Of a stretch of DNA of 43,906 nt, positions 1-7,546 are shown in pieces. Position 1 is the first letter of the stretch; the number at the start of each line of letters is the position of its first letter. The DNA comes from a virus. Taxonomy: Duplodnaviria; Caudoviricetes. The DNA lies in the IMG/VR virus record IMGVR_UViG_3300043443_000097, positions 1 to 43,906 of that record; one strand, written 5' to 3'. Below the pieces are notes generated by a model, which was not told the origin of the DNA, searched no databases, and saw only the letters and a list, made by a program, of their open reading frames with translations. The position numbers and the translations under genes were made by a program.

Positions 1-53
1 CCATGTCCTGCATCGGTGTATACAGTGATGGTGAATGTTTTCTTTACTGTCAT
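1..53 (-). CDS. Hypothetical protein, 5' part only (runs off the window)
   Basis: Manual translation MTVKKTFTITVYTDAGHG...; ATG overlaps the stop of the 50..232 ORF (ATGA coupling). Confidence 0.6.
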   Translation of the reverse strand, partial: MTVKKTFTITVYTDAGH

Positions 54-232
54 GCCGTGAGTTCCTCTACCTTATAAACTTCCCAATCCTCTCCCTCAAA
101 GGCGAGTTTCCTATTGTTATCCGTACCAAGTTCTTTTATCACCATGTCCTCAGCTTCATCATAGTTATGTGCATAAACACAGCGATAGTAATAGTTGGTG
201 TGTGCTACTCCTACAATGTATTTCTTAGTCAT
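50..232 (-). CDS. Small hypothetical early protein
   Basis: 60 aa ORF in a chain of translationally coupled minus-strand ORFs. Confidence 0.75.
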   Translation of the reverse strand: MTKKYIVGVAHTNYYYRCVYAHNYDEAEDMVIKELGTDNNRKLAFEGEDWEVYKVEELTA

Positions 233-684
233 AGGTTGTTATCCAAAATATATTTAGCATCGGCAATGTCTTTAGACAGTGCCTCTATCCACTTGCCATC
301 CTCAATGTACTTGTCAGCCGACTCAGCCAGTCGCTTAAGCACACCTCGAATGTCAGCCTTAGCACCCTTGGCAATGACAGGAAATCTTTCATTCCTTTCC
401 ATGCCTCGGATGAATGCAAACCAAGGCTTAGACTTGGGAGTGTAGAAGGTGGTTGCAATTTCCTTACGCTCCCAGTTTCTAGCATAGCTAGGGTGAACAT
501 AAGCATAGTGCATACCAAAGGTATGAGCAGTGTTCTCCTGCTTGGTGGTGGTCAAGGTGAAGAGAACATCCCTCGCTTCATTGAAGCTGTCCCATGTGTT
601 ATTACCCTGTGCATCACAGGCATAGTCTCCATTAGCCATCTCTACCATGTAGCCTTCGGATGTTTTGATAACTTGATTCATCAT
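229..684 (-). CDS. Hypothetical early protein
   Basis: 151 aa ORF with 4-nt overlaps on both sides. Confidence 0.8.
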   Translation of the reverse strand: MMNQVIKTSEGYMVEMANGDYACDAQGNNTWDSFNEARDVLFTLTTTKQENTAHTFGMHYAYVHPSYARNWERKEIATTFYTPKSKPWFAFIRGMERNERFPVIAKGAKADIRGVLKRLAESADKYIEDGKWIEALSKDIADAKYILDNNL

Positions 685-875
685 GCCTCCTGTATATGTG
701 CCTCAACAATTTCCCAACCACCATCAGCCACAATGCCTTGGTCACATGGAATAAATTCACCACCATCCATGTCCCTAGCTATTTCCATAGCTTCATCATT
801 GCTGTTAGCATCAACATAAACATACAAGTATGTTGACATCTTGGCAAACACCTTGTACTTATTCATAGTCATCAC
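681..875 (-). CDS. Small hypothetical protein (Y-x-V...A-x-S-x-D-E-A-x-E-x-A type)
   Basis: 64 aa, coupled; loosely similar to the 50..232 product (V.A...DEA). Confidence 0.75.
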   Translation of the reverse strand: MMTMNKYKVFAKMSTYLYVYVDANSNDEAMEIARDMDGGEFIPCDQGIVADGGWEIVEAHIQEA

Positions 876-1374
876 ATGCTCCTTCCATCACATCATGAAG
901 TGCCACACCATACATCAGGTCATCAGCACTGCTCTCGAAAGACTTGCGAGTGTCCTCAATGATTTCAATGATGTCATCATTGGGATAGTTCTCAATCATC
1001 TCCCACAGGATGATGCCATTGTCACCTGAGTCGAAAGTATCAAGCCCTATCACCTGAAGTACAGATGCATAGGACATGGTGTCAGGATAGTCAGACAGCC
1101 ACTGTTCCAGTGCAAACCTCTCACTCACCTTCATCTTCACAGGGAAGTCGAGGTCAGCACTCACCATGTAATAGCACTCACCATTACGAAGCTTCACATA
1201 ACAGAACGGATGATCGTCACCATCAGCAGGATCGTTGCCCTGCACTGCATCCTCCAAGTCATCAGCCGTTAGGTAGATAACATCTACCAAAGTGTCATAG
1301 TCTTCGAAGCTTTTACCTGCAGGGACAGAGTAGCCTTCCTCTGCCAAGTCACTACGCATTCTGATTTTGTTCAT
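859..1374 (-). CDS. Acidic hypothetical protein, possibly two fused domains
   Basis: 171 aa; RBS GAAAGGAAAC upstream. Confidence 0.8.
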   Translation of the reverse strand: MNKIRMRSDLAEEGYSVPAGKSFEDYDTLVDVIYLTADDLEDAVQGNDPADGDDHPFCYVKLRNGECYYMVSADLDFPVKMKVSERFALEQWLSDYPDTMSYASVLQVIGLDTFDSGDNGIILWEMIENYPNDDIIEIIEDTRKSFESSADDLMYGVALHDVMEGACDDYE

Positions 1375-1561
1375 GTTTGTTTCCTTTCAGGATTGGTCTA
1401 CGCTTAATACAAGGGATGTGCATTGGTTCTCCGAACCATTGGTACAAGAAGGATTCGTTACGCTTAATGCCATTGCAAATAAGCTTTGCTTCCTTCATCG
1501 TCTTCGCTGTGGTGAACACAGTGCCACTATTGGGATGGCATATCAGATATTCATATTTCAT
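1352..1561 (-). CDS. Hypothetical protein (MKYEYLICHP...)
   Basis: Track ORF 1352..1642; start moved to the ATG at 1561, just after the upstream stop at 1566. Confidence 0.65.
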   Translation of the reverse strand: MKYEYLICHPNSGTVFTTAKTMKEAKLICNGIKRNESFLYQWFGEPMHIPCIKRRPILKGNKHEQNQNA

Positions 1562-1565
1562 ATGC

Positions 1566-1946
1566 TTACCACCATGAGTCGTAGAACACTGCCTTGCCTT
1601 CGGCAATTGCTTGCCTTGAAAGCTTAATGAAATCAGCCACACTCTCTAAGTCCTCAGGATATATTTCCTGAGAGCCGAAGAAGAAACCATTGCGAGGCAC
1701 TAGCTTGTTGTTGCCAGTGTCCATCTCTAAACGATCAAGATCGTTAGCAGTAAGCCTCACTGTGGTGCAGTTGAAGTCTTCTTTAGCACCACCCTTAAGG
1801 CGGTACAAATCCTCCATCCAACCATGCAAAGCATTGAACTTACGCCAGTAGAAAATCTGCTTAGCGTTATCACCCAGTGCCACATCAGTAACACCATCAC
1901 CCACACTGTCAGCATTGACAGCGAATGCATACATATCTAAACCCAT
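1566..1946 (-). CDS. Conserved phage hypothetical protein (MGLDMY...YWRKFN.LHGW...GFFFG...YDSWW)
   Basis: Motif pattern typical of a widespread phage family; RBS GAAAGGAAC. Confidence 0.85.
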   Translation of the reverse strand: MGLDMYAFAVNADSVGDGVTDVALGDNAKQIFYWRKFNALHGWMEDLYRLKGGAKEDFNCTTVRLTANDLDRLEMDTGNNKLVPRNGFFFGSQEIYPEDLESVADFIKLSRQAIAEGKAVFYDSWW

Positions 1947-1965
1947 GATAGTTCCTTTCAGAAAA

Positions 1966-2112
1966 TTACTTACACATTACAACATTAACAAACATACGAT
2001 CTTCATCCACTGTCAGCCAAGCCTTACGGCTAACAGAGTCGTAAACAATAATGTCACCGACATTAATTGTTGCACCAGTCTTGCAACAGATGCCTTTATA
2101 TTTAGCTTTCAT
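1966..2112 (-). CDS. Small hypothetical protein, 48 aa (MKAKYKGICCKTGATINVGDIIVY...)
   Basis: Manual translation, below the track cutoff; ATG overlaps the stop of 2109..2303. Confidence 0.65.
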   Translation of the reverse strand: MKAKYKGICCKTGATINVGDIIVYDSVSRKAWLTVDEDRMFVNVVMCK

Positions 2113-2303
2113 GATGCGTTCCATGTTGCCTCCGATAGTTGTTCAAAAACAAATAGCTTCGCTACCTTAACAGCCTCAGCCATCGAATCAGCACAGCCAA
2201 TATAGGTACTGCCTTCATCGTCATTGAATAGCTCATACACCTCAGCAGAGCTGTCCCACTTAGCCCATACTTCGTAGCCCACCTTCTCAAATACTTTTCT
2301 CAT
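2109..2303 (-). CDS. Small hypothetical protein
   Basis: 64 aa; RBS TAAGGAAAC. Confidence 0.75.
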   Translation of the reverse strand: MRKVFEKVGYEVWAKWDSSAEVYELFNDDEGSTYIGCADSMAEAVKVAKLFVFEQLSEATWNAS

Positions 2304-2578
2304 GTTGTTTCCTTATAGGGGTTTGTCTCCAATGCCTTTAGCACTTCATCAATAAAGCACAGCTCTTTATAAGAGGTGCGGGTTTTCTTTATCAGTCTCA
2401 TGAGGTAACGACCTTCGTTAGACTCATGAAAATCAAAGGGTGCGTTGTAACAAATCCAACATCCACCCTTTTTCTCAAGCCCCCATTGATAGAGCAATGT
2501 AACCTTACCAATGGTAACTGGTGCAATAGGTGCTTGATGTTTCCATGAAGCTACCTTACTAGCGAATGACTCTGTCAT
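2300..2578 (-). CDS. Hypothetical protein
   Basis: 92 aa, coupled to both neighbours. Confidence 0.75.
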   Translation of the reverse strand: MTESFASKVASWKHQAPIAPVTIGKVTLLYQWGLEKKGGCWICYNAPFDFHESNEGRYLMRLIKKTRTSYKELCFIDEVLKALETNPYKETT

Positions 2579-2979
2579 TTGAGATTCCTTGTGTAAATAA
2601 CACCACGCTTGACACCATCAGCCATTGGCATCACCTTCATTGCCACCACATCAGCCAACCCTATAGGTTGCTCAGTGGCTTTGATTACAAACTGAGCATA
2701 CTTATAAGGGTTATAAGTAACTTGTCTACCTGTCACACTCAGTGCATCAAAGTCTGCAGTGTCTCTGACACTCTCAGTCCACACCCCAGTAACTCCGGCA
2801 TGGACATTCTTACGCTTCTCTCGAAGCACTCGCTGTCGCCCTGCTTCGGACACTTTAAACTTACAGTTTTCTAGTACTACGGTGTCACGATGGGCAATCA
2901 CCTTGCCTTTCATTGCACCTTCCAAGGCTTTAATGCTAAAGCATTTCTTGTGTAGGTTGAAATATACGAACACTCTCAT
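2575..2979 (-). CDS. Conserved phage hypothetical protein (YFNLHK...RQRVLREKRKNVHA...YNPYK)
   Basis: Recognisable widespread phage family of unknown function; strong RBS. Confidence 0.85.
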   Translation of the reverse strand: MRVFVYFNLHKKCFSIKALEGAMKGKVIAHRDTVVLENCKFKVSEAGRQRVLREKRKNVHAGVTGVWTESVRDTADFDALSVTGRQVTYNPYKYAQFVIKATEQPIGLADVVAMKVMPMADGVKRGVIYTRNLK

Positions 2980-2990
2980 TGTGTTTCCTT

Positions 2991-3155
2991 TCAGGAATTT
3001 TTAAACTTTAGGAAGTCAAAGACTTCGAGACGCCTCTCTGTATCATCGATACAAAGCTGAATGTAATCTACTCTTTCCCAATCACCTTCGGTGAAGGCCT
3101 CATCCCTTGCTTGGCGAAGAGCATTGAGATGCTCTTGAAGATCTAACTGTCTCAT
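2991..3155 (-). CDS. Small helical hypothetical protein, 54 aa (MRQLDLQEHLNALRQARDEAF...)
   Basis: Manual translation; ATGA overlap with the 3152..3367 stop; fills the gap. Confidence 0.65.
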   Translation of the reverse strand: MRQLDLQEHLNALRQARDEAFTEGDWERVDYIQLCIDDTERRLEVFDFLKFKNS

Positions 3156-3367
3156 GAGTTTGCTGCCTCTGCCAGTGCATTTTCACTGTCGATGGTGACA
3201 GCATCAAACACTTGTTGACGAGTACCCTTGTAACCCATACCCTTAAGAATTGCATAGCAAGTCTTACCTTTGGATGTCAAACGCATTCCCTTCATCTCCA
3301 GTTTAAGACCTTGTCTTAATGAACGGAGACGGAAGGCTTCGATTTTCTGTGGTGTATCAAGTACCAT
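3152..3367 (-). CDS. Small hypothetical protein (LKLEMKGMRLT)
   Basis: 71 aa; RBS TAAAGGAAAC. Confidence 0.8.
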   Translation of the reverse strand: MVLDTPQKIEAFRLRSLRQGLKLEMKGMRLTSKGKTCYAILKGMGYKGTRQQVFDAVTIDSENALAEAANS

Positions 3368-3587
3368 TTTGTTTCCTTTAGGAAAAGAGAAGCGACATTG
3401 CTTCTGTTAAAGCTAAGCTTTAGCCCTAACAGAAACCCACTGTCTAGCACCGACCCCAGTGCCACAATGGAGGATGTCTCTCACACATATTATCAACATG
3501 ATATGTAAGCATGTCCTGCACATTCACCCTGTACAGACTGGGCTGATCCATAGGTTGCACTGTCACCACAACCCGACATCAGTATAG

Positions 3588-3628
3588 ATTTTTAAAGAGC
3601 TAGTCGAGATAAGCTTCGCTTCACAGCG
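3588..3628 (-). promoter_or_regulatory. Putative boxB-boxA antitermination (nut/rrn-like) site
   Basis: Minus strand: CGCT-GTGA-AGCG GNRA hairpin (3617-3628) followed by GCTCTTTAAAAAT (3588-3600), one mismatch to rrn boxA GCTCTTTAACAAT. Confidence 0.5.
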
Positions 3629-3708
3629 GGGCTATTCCCTAGATAGAACGCTAGATAACATTCTCCAAAGCCCTAAGGCTTTAGGCAAGGCTATCAAGTA
3701 AGCTCTGC

Positions 3709-4398
3709 TTACACAACGAAACCTGTTTGATCAAGCTTCGCTTTACCTTTAGCATATAGTCCGACAATGACTTTGTCATCGAGGTGACGAACATCAGAGT
3801 TGTCTCCAGAGACAACAGGGATTCCCATAAAAGTCTGAGGGATGTCTTTTTCCTTACGGAAAACAACAGCCATTCTCATGTTGTTAAGCAAAGCTTTTTC
3901 GACATAGGGTTGAAAACCCTCCACACCGCTATAACTGAAAGTTAAGTCATAATTGGCAGGTAAATCTTTACGATTTACATCCTTGGTGTAATCATAGAAT
4001 TGCACATCAGGAAAAGCTTCGAAGATGTTTTTGTAGCCATTGATGGGAATACTTTCCCATCGAATGTCGCTAGTACCATTCAATCTAACTAACGGAGTTA
4101 GTCCCATTCGCTTAGCTTTGAAGAACAGCTTGTCAATATCAACAACAAGTTGTTGCATGAAGCTTTGACGATCAGTAAAAAACCATTCGGTTTTACGAAT
4201 CCTAGCTTGCTGAACCGAGCTGAAAGCTCCACGACCTGCAGTGTAAAGGCAAGCCTTGTCACATTCGGCAATCTTAGCCATGGAACAAGTGTTCCACTTT
4301 GTTGTTGTGGCTGGAGCAAGGTATAAAATACCTGTCAGAAAACCAAGGCTTTCACCTTTGGTGGTTTTGGCATCAGTGGAGACGGATAACAATTTCAT
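3709..4398 (-). CDS. Gp88-like phage protein with CxxxxxxxCxxxC motif (radical-SAM-like Fe-S protein)
   Basis: LYLAP..CSMAKIAECDKACLYTAGRG, RLNGTSDI.WE, FYDYTK and YDLTFSYS motifs. Confidence 0.75.
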   Translation of the reverse strand: MKLLSVSTDAKTTKGESLGFLTGILYLAPATTTKWNTCSMAKIAECDKACLYTAGRGAFSSVQQARIRKTEWFFTDRQSFMQQLVVDIDKLFFKAKRMGLTPLVRLNGTSDIRWESIPINGYKNIFEAFPDVQFYDYTKDVNRKDLPANYDLTFSYSGVEGFQPYVEKALLNNMRMAVVFRKEKDIPQTFMGIPVVSGDNSDVRHLDDKVIVGLYAKGKAKLDQTGFVV

Positions 4399-4446
4399 GG
4401 TGTTTCCTTTCAGGAAGGTTGTGGCAACATTGCCGTTGAGCTTTCA

Positions 4447-4475
4447 ATTATAACGATGTCAAATAACCCTGTCAA
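4447..4475 (-). promoter_or_regulatory. Consensus sigma70 early promoter
   Basis: Minus strand TTGACA-N17-TATAAT, exact consensus, about 50 nt upstream of the gp88-like gene. Confidence 0.9.
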
Positions 4476-4721
4476 TTACAGGGCTTTTCTTGAACCAACA
4501 AGGGTTTTACCCTTGAATAACAGTGCCTCATCATAGCAACCCATCCATTGCAATGCCTCAGCTTTGCTGAGTGTGTAATGCACTTTCTTGAAACCAACAC
4601 CAGTTACTTTGTAACCGAAAGCTTTACACAAAGCAAGCTTGATTTCATCCTCCCAAAGGAGGACTAAAGCTGTAGTGCTAAGCACTATGGTGGAAAGGCT
4701 GAGAATGTCGAGAGCTGTCAT
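4476..4721 (-). CDS. Small membrane-anchored hypothetical protein (MTALDILSLSTIVLSTTALVLLW...)
   Basis: Start reassigned from 4832 to the ATG at 4721 with RBS GAAGGAAG; N-terminal hydrophobic helix. Confidence 0.65.
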   Translation of the reverse strand: MTALDILSLSTIVLSTTALVLLWEDEIKLALCKAFGYKVTGVGFKKVHYTLSKAEALQWMGCYDEALLFKGKTLVGSRKAL

Positions 4722-4732
4722 TTTTCTTCCTT

Positions 4733-4819
4733 CATGTCTTTCATTTAACTTAGAAAAGAAACTATTTCCTTTTCTCACTAAAGTGAAAAGGATAGTTTCT
4801 TTGTTAAATGAAAGACATG
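4733..4819. repeat. Long imperfect inverted repeat (hairpin 1)
   Basis: catgtctttcatttaac/gttaaatgaaagacatg outer arms; aaagaaactat/atagtttcttt and cctttt/aaaagg inner arms. Confidence 0.9.
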
Positions 4820-4842
4820 GGATCGGGCGCATGTACGCAGAT

Positions 4843-4911
4843 CTTTGTATTTTTAAGCATTTTTTAATGCCAACATAGTTGTCATAAAAATGCGAATTTA
4901 AAAATACAAAG
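4843..4911. repeat. Long imperfect inverted repeat (hairpin 2)
   Basis: ctttgtatttttaa/ttaaaaatacaaag outer arms; gcattttt/aaaaatgc and caac/gttg inner arms. Confidence 0.85.
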
Positions 4912-4922
4912 TTGATAGCGAC

Positions 4923-4989
4923 TTATCCACAGCTTGTTATTGAGCCATGTCGCTAGGTTGTTGATAACTGGGTTGATTGCTGTGGATAA
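4923..4989. promoter_or_regulatory. DnaA-box cluster
   Basis: TTATCCACA at 4923-4931 and TGTGGATAA at 4981-4989 (both perfect); TGTTGATAA at 4959-4967 (1 mismatch). Confidence 0.7.
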
Positions 4990-5262
4990 CTTCGAAGTTT
5001 TGGTGTTGGTTTGAGATAGAGTTGCTTAAATTTTAAGCAGGACAGGCTAGATATAATCTAGGGTGATGGATATACCGACCTTCATTCATCGGGGTTATGC
5101 AAAAAATGCATAGCTTTTTTTCCGTTTTTTGACCATGAGAACCGATTTTGAATCAGTTTTCAATTGTCTTTTAAGTCATTGAATTCATTGAAGAATCTTT
5201 TCTTTTGAGTTGAATGCATTCTATGTCTTTGATTCACTCAAAGATTCGGCATGCGCTACTTC

Positions 5263-5323
5263 GTTGCGTAGCGGGCGCAGGGCTGAGTGCAGGGCCGGGC
5301 GTGGGCCACGGGGGGGTGCTACG
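5263..5323. other. GC-rich G-run tract; probable genome terminus, terminal repeat or packaging region
   Basis: Abrupt GC spike with six runs of 3 or more G, at the strand-divergence point upstream of the terminase. Confidence 0.45.
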
Positions 5324-5644
5324 CTATTGTATATGGCCTCGTACAAAAATCAGGAAAAATAGGTCTGTTAACCAAGGCTGGTTTACACAGACGCACACAC
5401 AGCTCTAAATTAATTAGGGACAGATGAACTGCAGCGATTTGCACCGTCAACTACACAGAGATGTGTACACGCTAGTGCTAGGCAGCCTATCTAGATGATA
5501 ACAACTCTCATTGAAGTTTCATGCAACTTGATACTTAAAAGTTTCAACTAGATACTTAAACTGCAACCTATAAATACTACCCCCCCCATATGGACCATTG
5601 AGCTAGGGAGGTACAACATATTTCATTCTTTCTAAAAGAAAAGC

Positions 5645-5673
5645 TTGACATTGTTTTCAATGTGTGTAAAACT
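5645..5673 (+). promoter_or_regulatory. Putative promoter for the plus-strand arm
   Basis: TTGACA-N16-TAAAACT. Confidence 0.6.
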
Positions 5674-5679
5674 ACCACC

Positions 5680-6126
5680 ACCTGCACCATGTACGCTTTG
5701 ACGTACAGGCGATACGAAGAAAAAGTATAGGCTACCTTCCGGCTACAGGTAAAGAAATGAGCTTGCAATCGGCTGCTGAAGAGAAAAGACTCGGGGGGAG
5801 AGACATTGAGGCCTCATTGTTTCTCTAGCTCTGAATACTGGCAGTGATGACACCTTACACTGACCAGACTAGACTTGATGTGGGTACTTGTTAAAAGCTG
5901 TTGCTAAAAGGGTGGGCTAACAACAGCCATAGATGAACACATCCCTTATGGGCTTTCTAGGTGTATGTTCTAGATATTAGGTATAGTTGGTTGTATTTCA
6001 CTATGTGATATAAACAGTCAACAACACTTATAGACATACATTGGGATAGGTTGTTATGATTGGCATTAAATGCTGACATACCACCTTAGCCAGACTATGC
6101 CTGAAAATATGTTAGCATGAGGCATT
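5680..6126 (+). ncRNA. Candidate structured ncRNA or long 5' leader
   Basis: About 450 nt without a credible ORF, downstream of a promoter, with at least 7 consecutive hairpins. Confidence 0.4.
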
Positions 6127-6408
6127 ATGAATTTATACACAAGACAACAATTAGAGGATAGAGGGCTTACTAACAGCTATCCCTATAGTATGTTTACTCA
6201 GGCTTCTTTAGCTCTACACAGGGGCTATGTAGATAAGCTACATTTGTTTCACAGTGATGTTTATTATGTTAGAGCAGCGCTGGAGAAAAGCACAGGATAT
6301 GTCTTTCCATTAGACAAAGTTGAAGAGGCTATGAGAGCTGAGGGATGGAAAGAACACAGACACCTACCTAGAAAGAATAGAGATGGCAACAAAGAAAAGC
6401 ACTGTTAA
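6127..6408 (+). CDS. Hypothetical protein (HSDVYYVRAALE)
   Basis: 93 aa; first ORF of the plus arm. Confidence 0.75.
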   Translation: MNLYTRQQLEDRGLTNSYPYSMFTQASLALHRGYVDKLHLFHSDVYYVRAALEKSTGYVFPLDKVEEAMRAEGWKEHRHLPRKNRDGNKEKHC

Positions 6409-6562
6409 TGCTGCTGGCAATTACACCAAGCCAACAATGCGTAAGGCATTGGTAGCTAGTGTTAAGGCTGGCACTAAGGGTGGTGATGCTGGTGAATGGT
6501 CTGCTAGGAAAGCACAGCTTGTTGCTAAGCTTTACAAAGCTAAGGGTGGTGGTTATAAATGA
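6383..6562 (+). CDS. Small basic protein (YTKP..R...GG..GEWSARKAQL...YKAKGGGY), N-terminal half of a DUF5872-like family
   Basis: Manual translation, 59 aa; motif recognised from memory. Confidence 0.8.
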   Translation: MATKKSTVNAAGNYTKPTMRKALVASVKAGTKGGDAGEWSARKAQLVAKLYKAKGGGYK

Positions 6563-6789
6563 AAGAGTCTCAGAAGTCTTTGAAGGAATGGACTAAGCAG
6601 AAGTGGACTACGAGTGATGGTAGTCCCTCTAAAGGGAAGAAGCGTTATCTTCCTGAGGCTGCTTGGAAGTCTTTGTCTCCTGCTGAGAAGGCTGCAACGA
6701 ATAAAGCTAAGGCTGCTGGCAATAAAGAAGGTAAGCAGTTTGTTAAACAGCCAAAAGACATTGCTAAGAAAGTGAGCAAGTTTAGATGA
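6559..6789 (+). CDS. Small basic protein (QKSLKEWTKQKW...RYLP..AW), C-terminal half of a DUF5872-like family
   Basis: 76 aa; ATGA-coupled to the previous ORF. Confidence 0.8.
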   Translation: MKESQKSLKEWTKQKWTTSDGSPSKGKKRYLPEAAWKSLSPAEKAATNKAKAAGNKEGKQFVKQPKDIAKKVSKFR

Positions 6790-7055
6790 TTAAAAGAGGC
6801 AGCGAAGAGTTTTCAGGGTATAACAAGCCTAAGGCTACGCCTAAGCATCCTACGAAGAGTCATGCTGTGTTAGCCAAAGAGGGTGACACAGTGAAGCTAA
6901 TTAGGTTTGGACAGCAGGGTGTTAGTGGTGCTGGCTCTAGTCCTTCTACACCGAAGGAGAAAGCTAGACAAAAGAGTTTCAAAGCTAGGCATGCTGAGAA
7001 CATTAATAAGGGTAAGATGTCTGCTGCTTATTGGGCAGACAAGGTTAAGTGGTAA
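6786..7055 (+). CDS. Small basic protein (RFGQQG...SFKARH...SAAYWA), DUF5754-like
   Basis: 89 aa; motif common in aquatic phages. Confidence 0.8.
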   Translation: MIKRGSEEFSGYNKPKATPKHPTKSHAVLAKEGDTVKLIRFGQQGVSGAGSSPSTPKEKARQKSFKARHAENINKGKMSAAYWADKVKW

Positions 7056-7070
7056 CTAAAAGGAGAAACT

Positions 7071-7388
7071 ATGGCTACCGATGCAGAGAAAGTTAAGATG
7101 TACCGTGAGAAGGCTAAGGACGCTTCCATTCCTCAAGAGGTGAGGAACACCTATTTGGATAGAGCCAATGAGTTGGAGCGTAAGGCATATGAAGCCACTA
7201 AAGCTCCTAAGACTCCTGCTATTCCCCCAGCTAAATTGGCTAAGGGTGGTATGCCTGTTAGGGGTGGTCGTACAGCCACTAACAAACAGAAGAAGATGAT
7301 GGGTGGTGGTTATGCCATGCCAGCTAAAACAACCATGATGTCTAAGGGTGGTGCTGTTAAGAAAGCTCCAGCTAAGAAAGGTAAATGA
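7071..7388 (+). CDS. Basic protein with LAKGG/MMGGG/MSKGG repeats
   Basis: 105 aa; RBS AAGGAG. Confidence 0.8.
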   Translation: MATDAEKVKMYREKAKDASIPQEVRNTYLDRANELERKAYEATKAPKTPAIPPAKLAKGGMPVRGGRTATNKQKKMMGGGYAMPAKTTMMSKGGAVKKAPAKKGK

Positions 7389-7546
7389 TGGCTACTAAGA
7401 AAGCGTTTAAACCTTGTGAGGGATGCCCCACACCAGCCAAGTGTAAAGCTGCTGGTAAGTGTATGGCTAAAGAGGGCAAGGGTGGTAAGCCTATGGTGGC
7501 TATCATGATTGGTGTTGGTAAGCCAATGAAAGCTAAGAAGAAATAA
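7385..7546 (+). CDS. Small basic Cys-rich protein (CEGCPTPAKCKAAGKC)
   Basis: Manual translation, 53 aa; coupled on both sides. Confidence 0.7.
   Translation: MMATKKAFKPCEGCPTPAKCKAAGKCMAKEGKGGKPMVAIMIGVGKPMKAKKK

Noticed and set aside
35-3004. Plus-strand ORFs across the early arm
   Set aside because: Antisense to a continuous, RBS-supported, coupled minus-strand gene chain.
4722-4832. N-terminal extension of the 4476..4832 ORF
   Set aside because: It runs through the long hairpin; a better ATG with an RBS lies at 4721.
5214-5768. ORFs 5214..5408 (+) and 5577..5768 (-)
   Set aside because: No RBS, atypical composition, and they overlap the GC tract and a promoter.
3368-6126. tRNA genes in the intergenic gaps
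   Set aside because: No cloverleaf with a T-loop GTTCRA and acceptor stem found by eye; tRNAscan-SE or ARAGORN would settle it.
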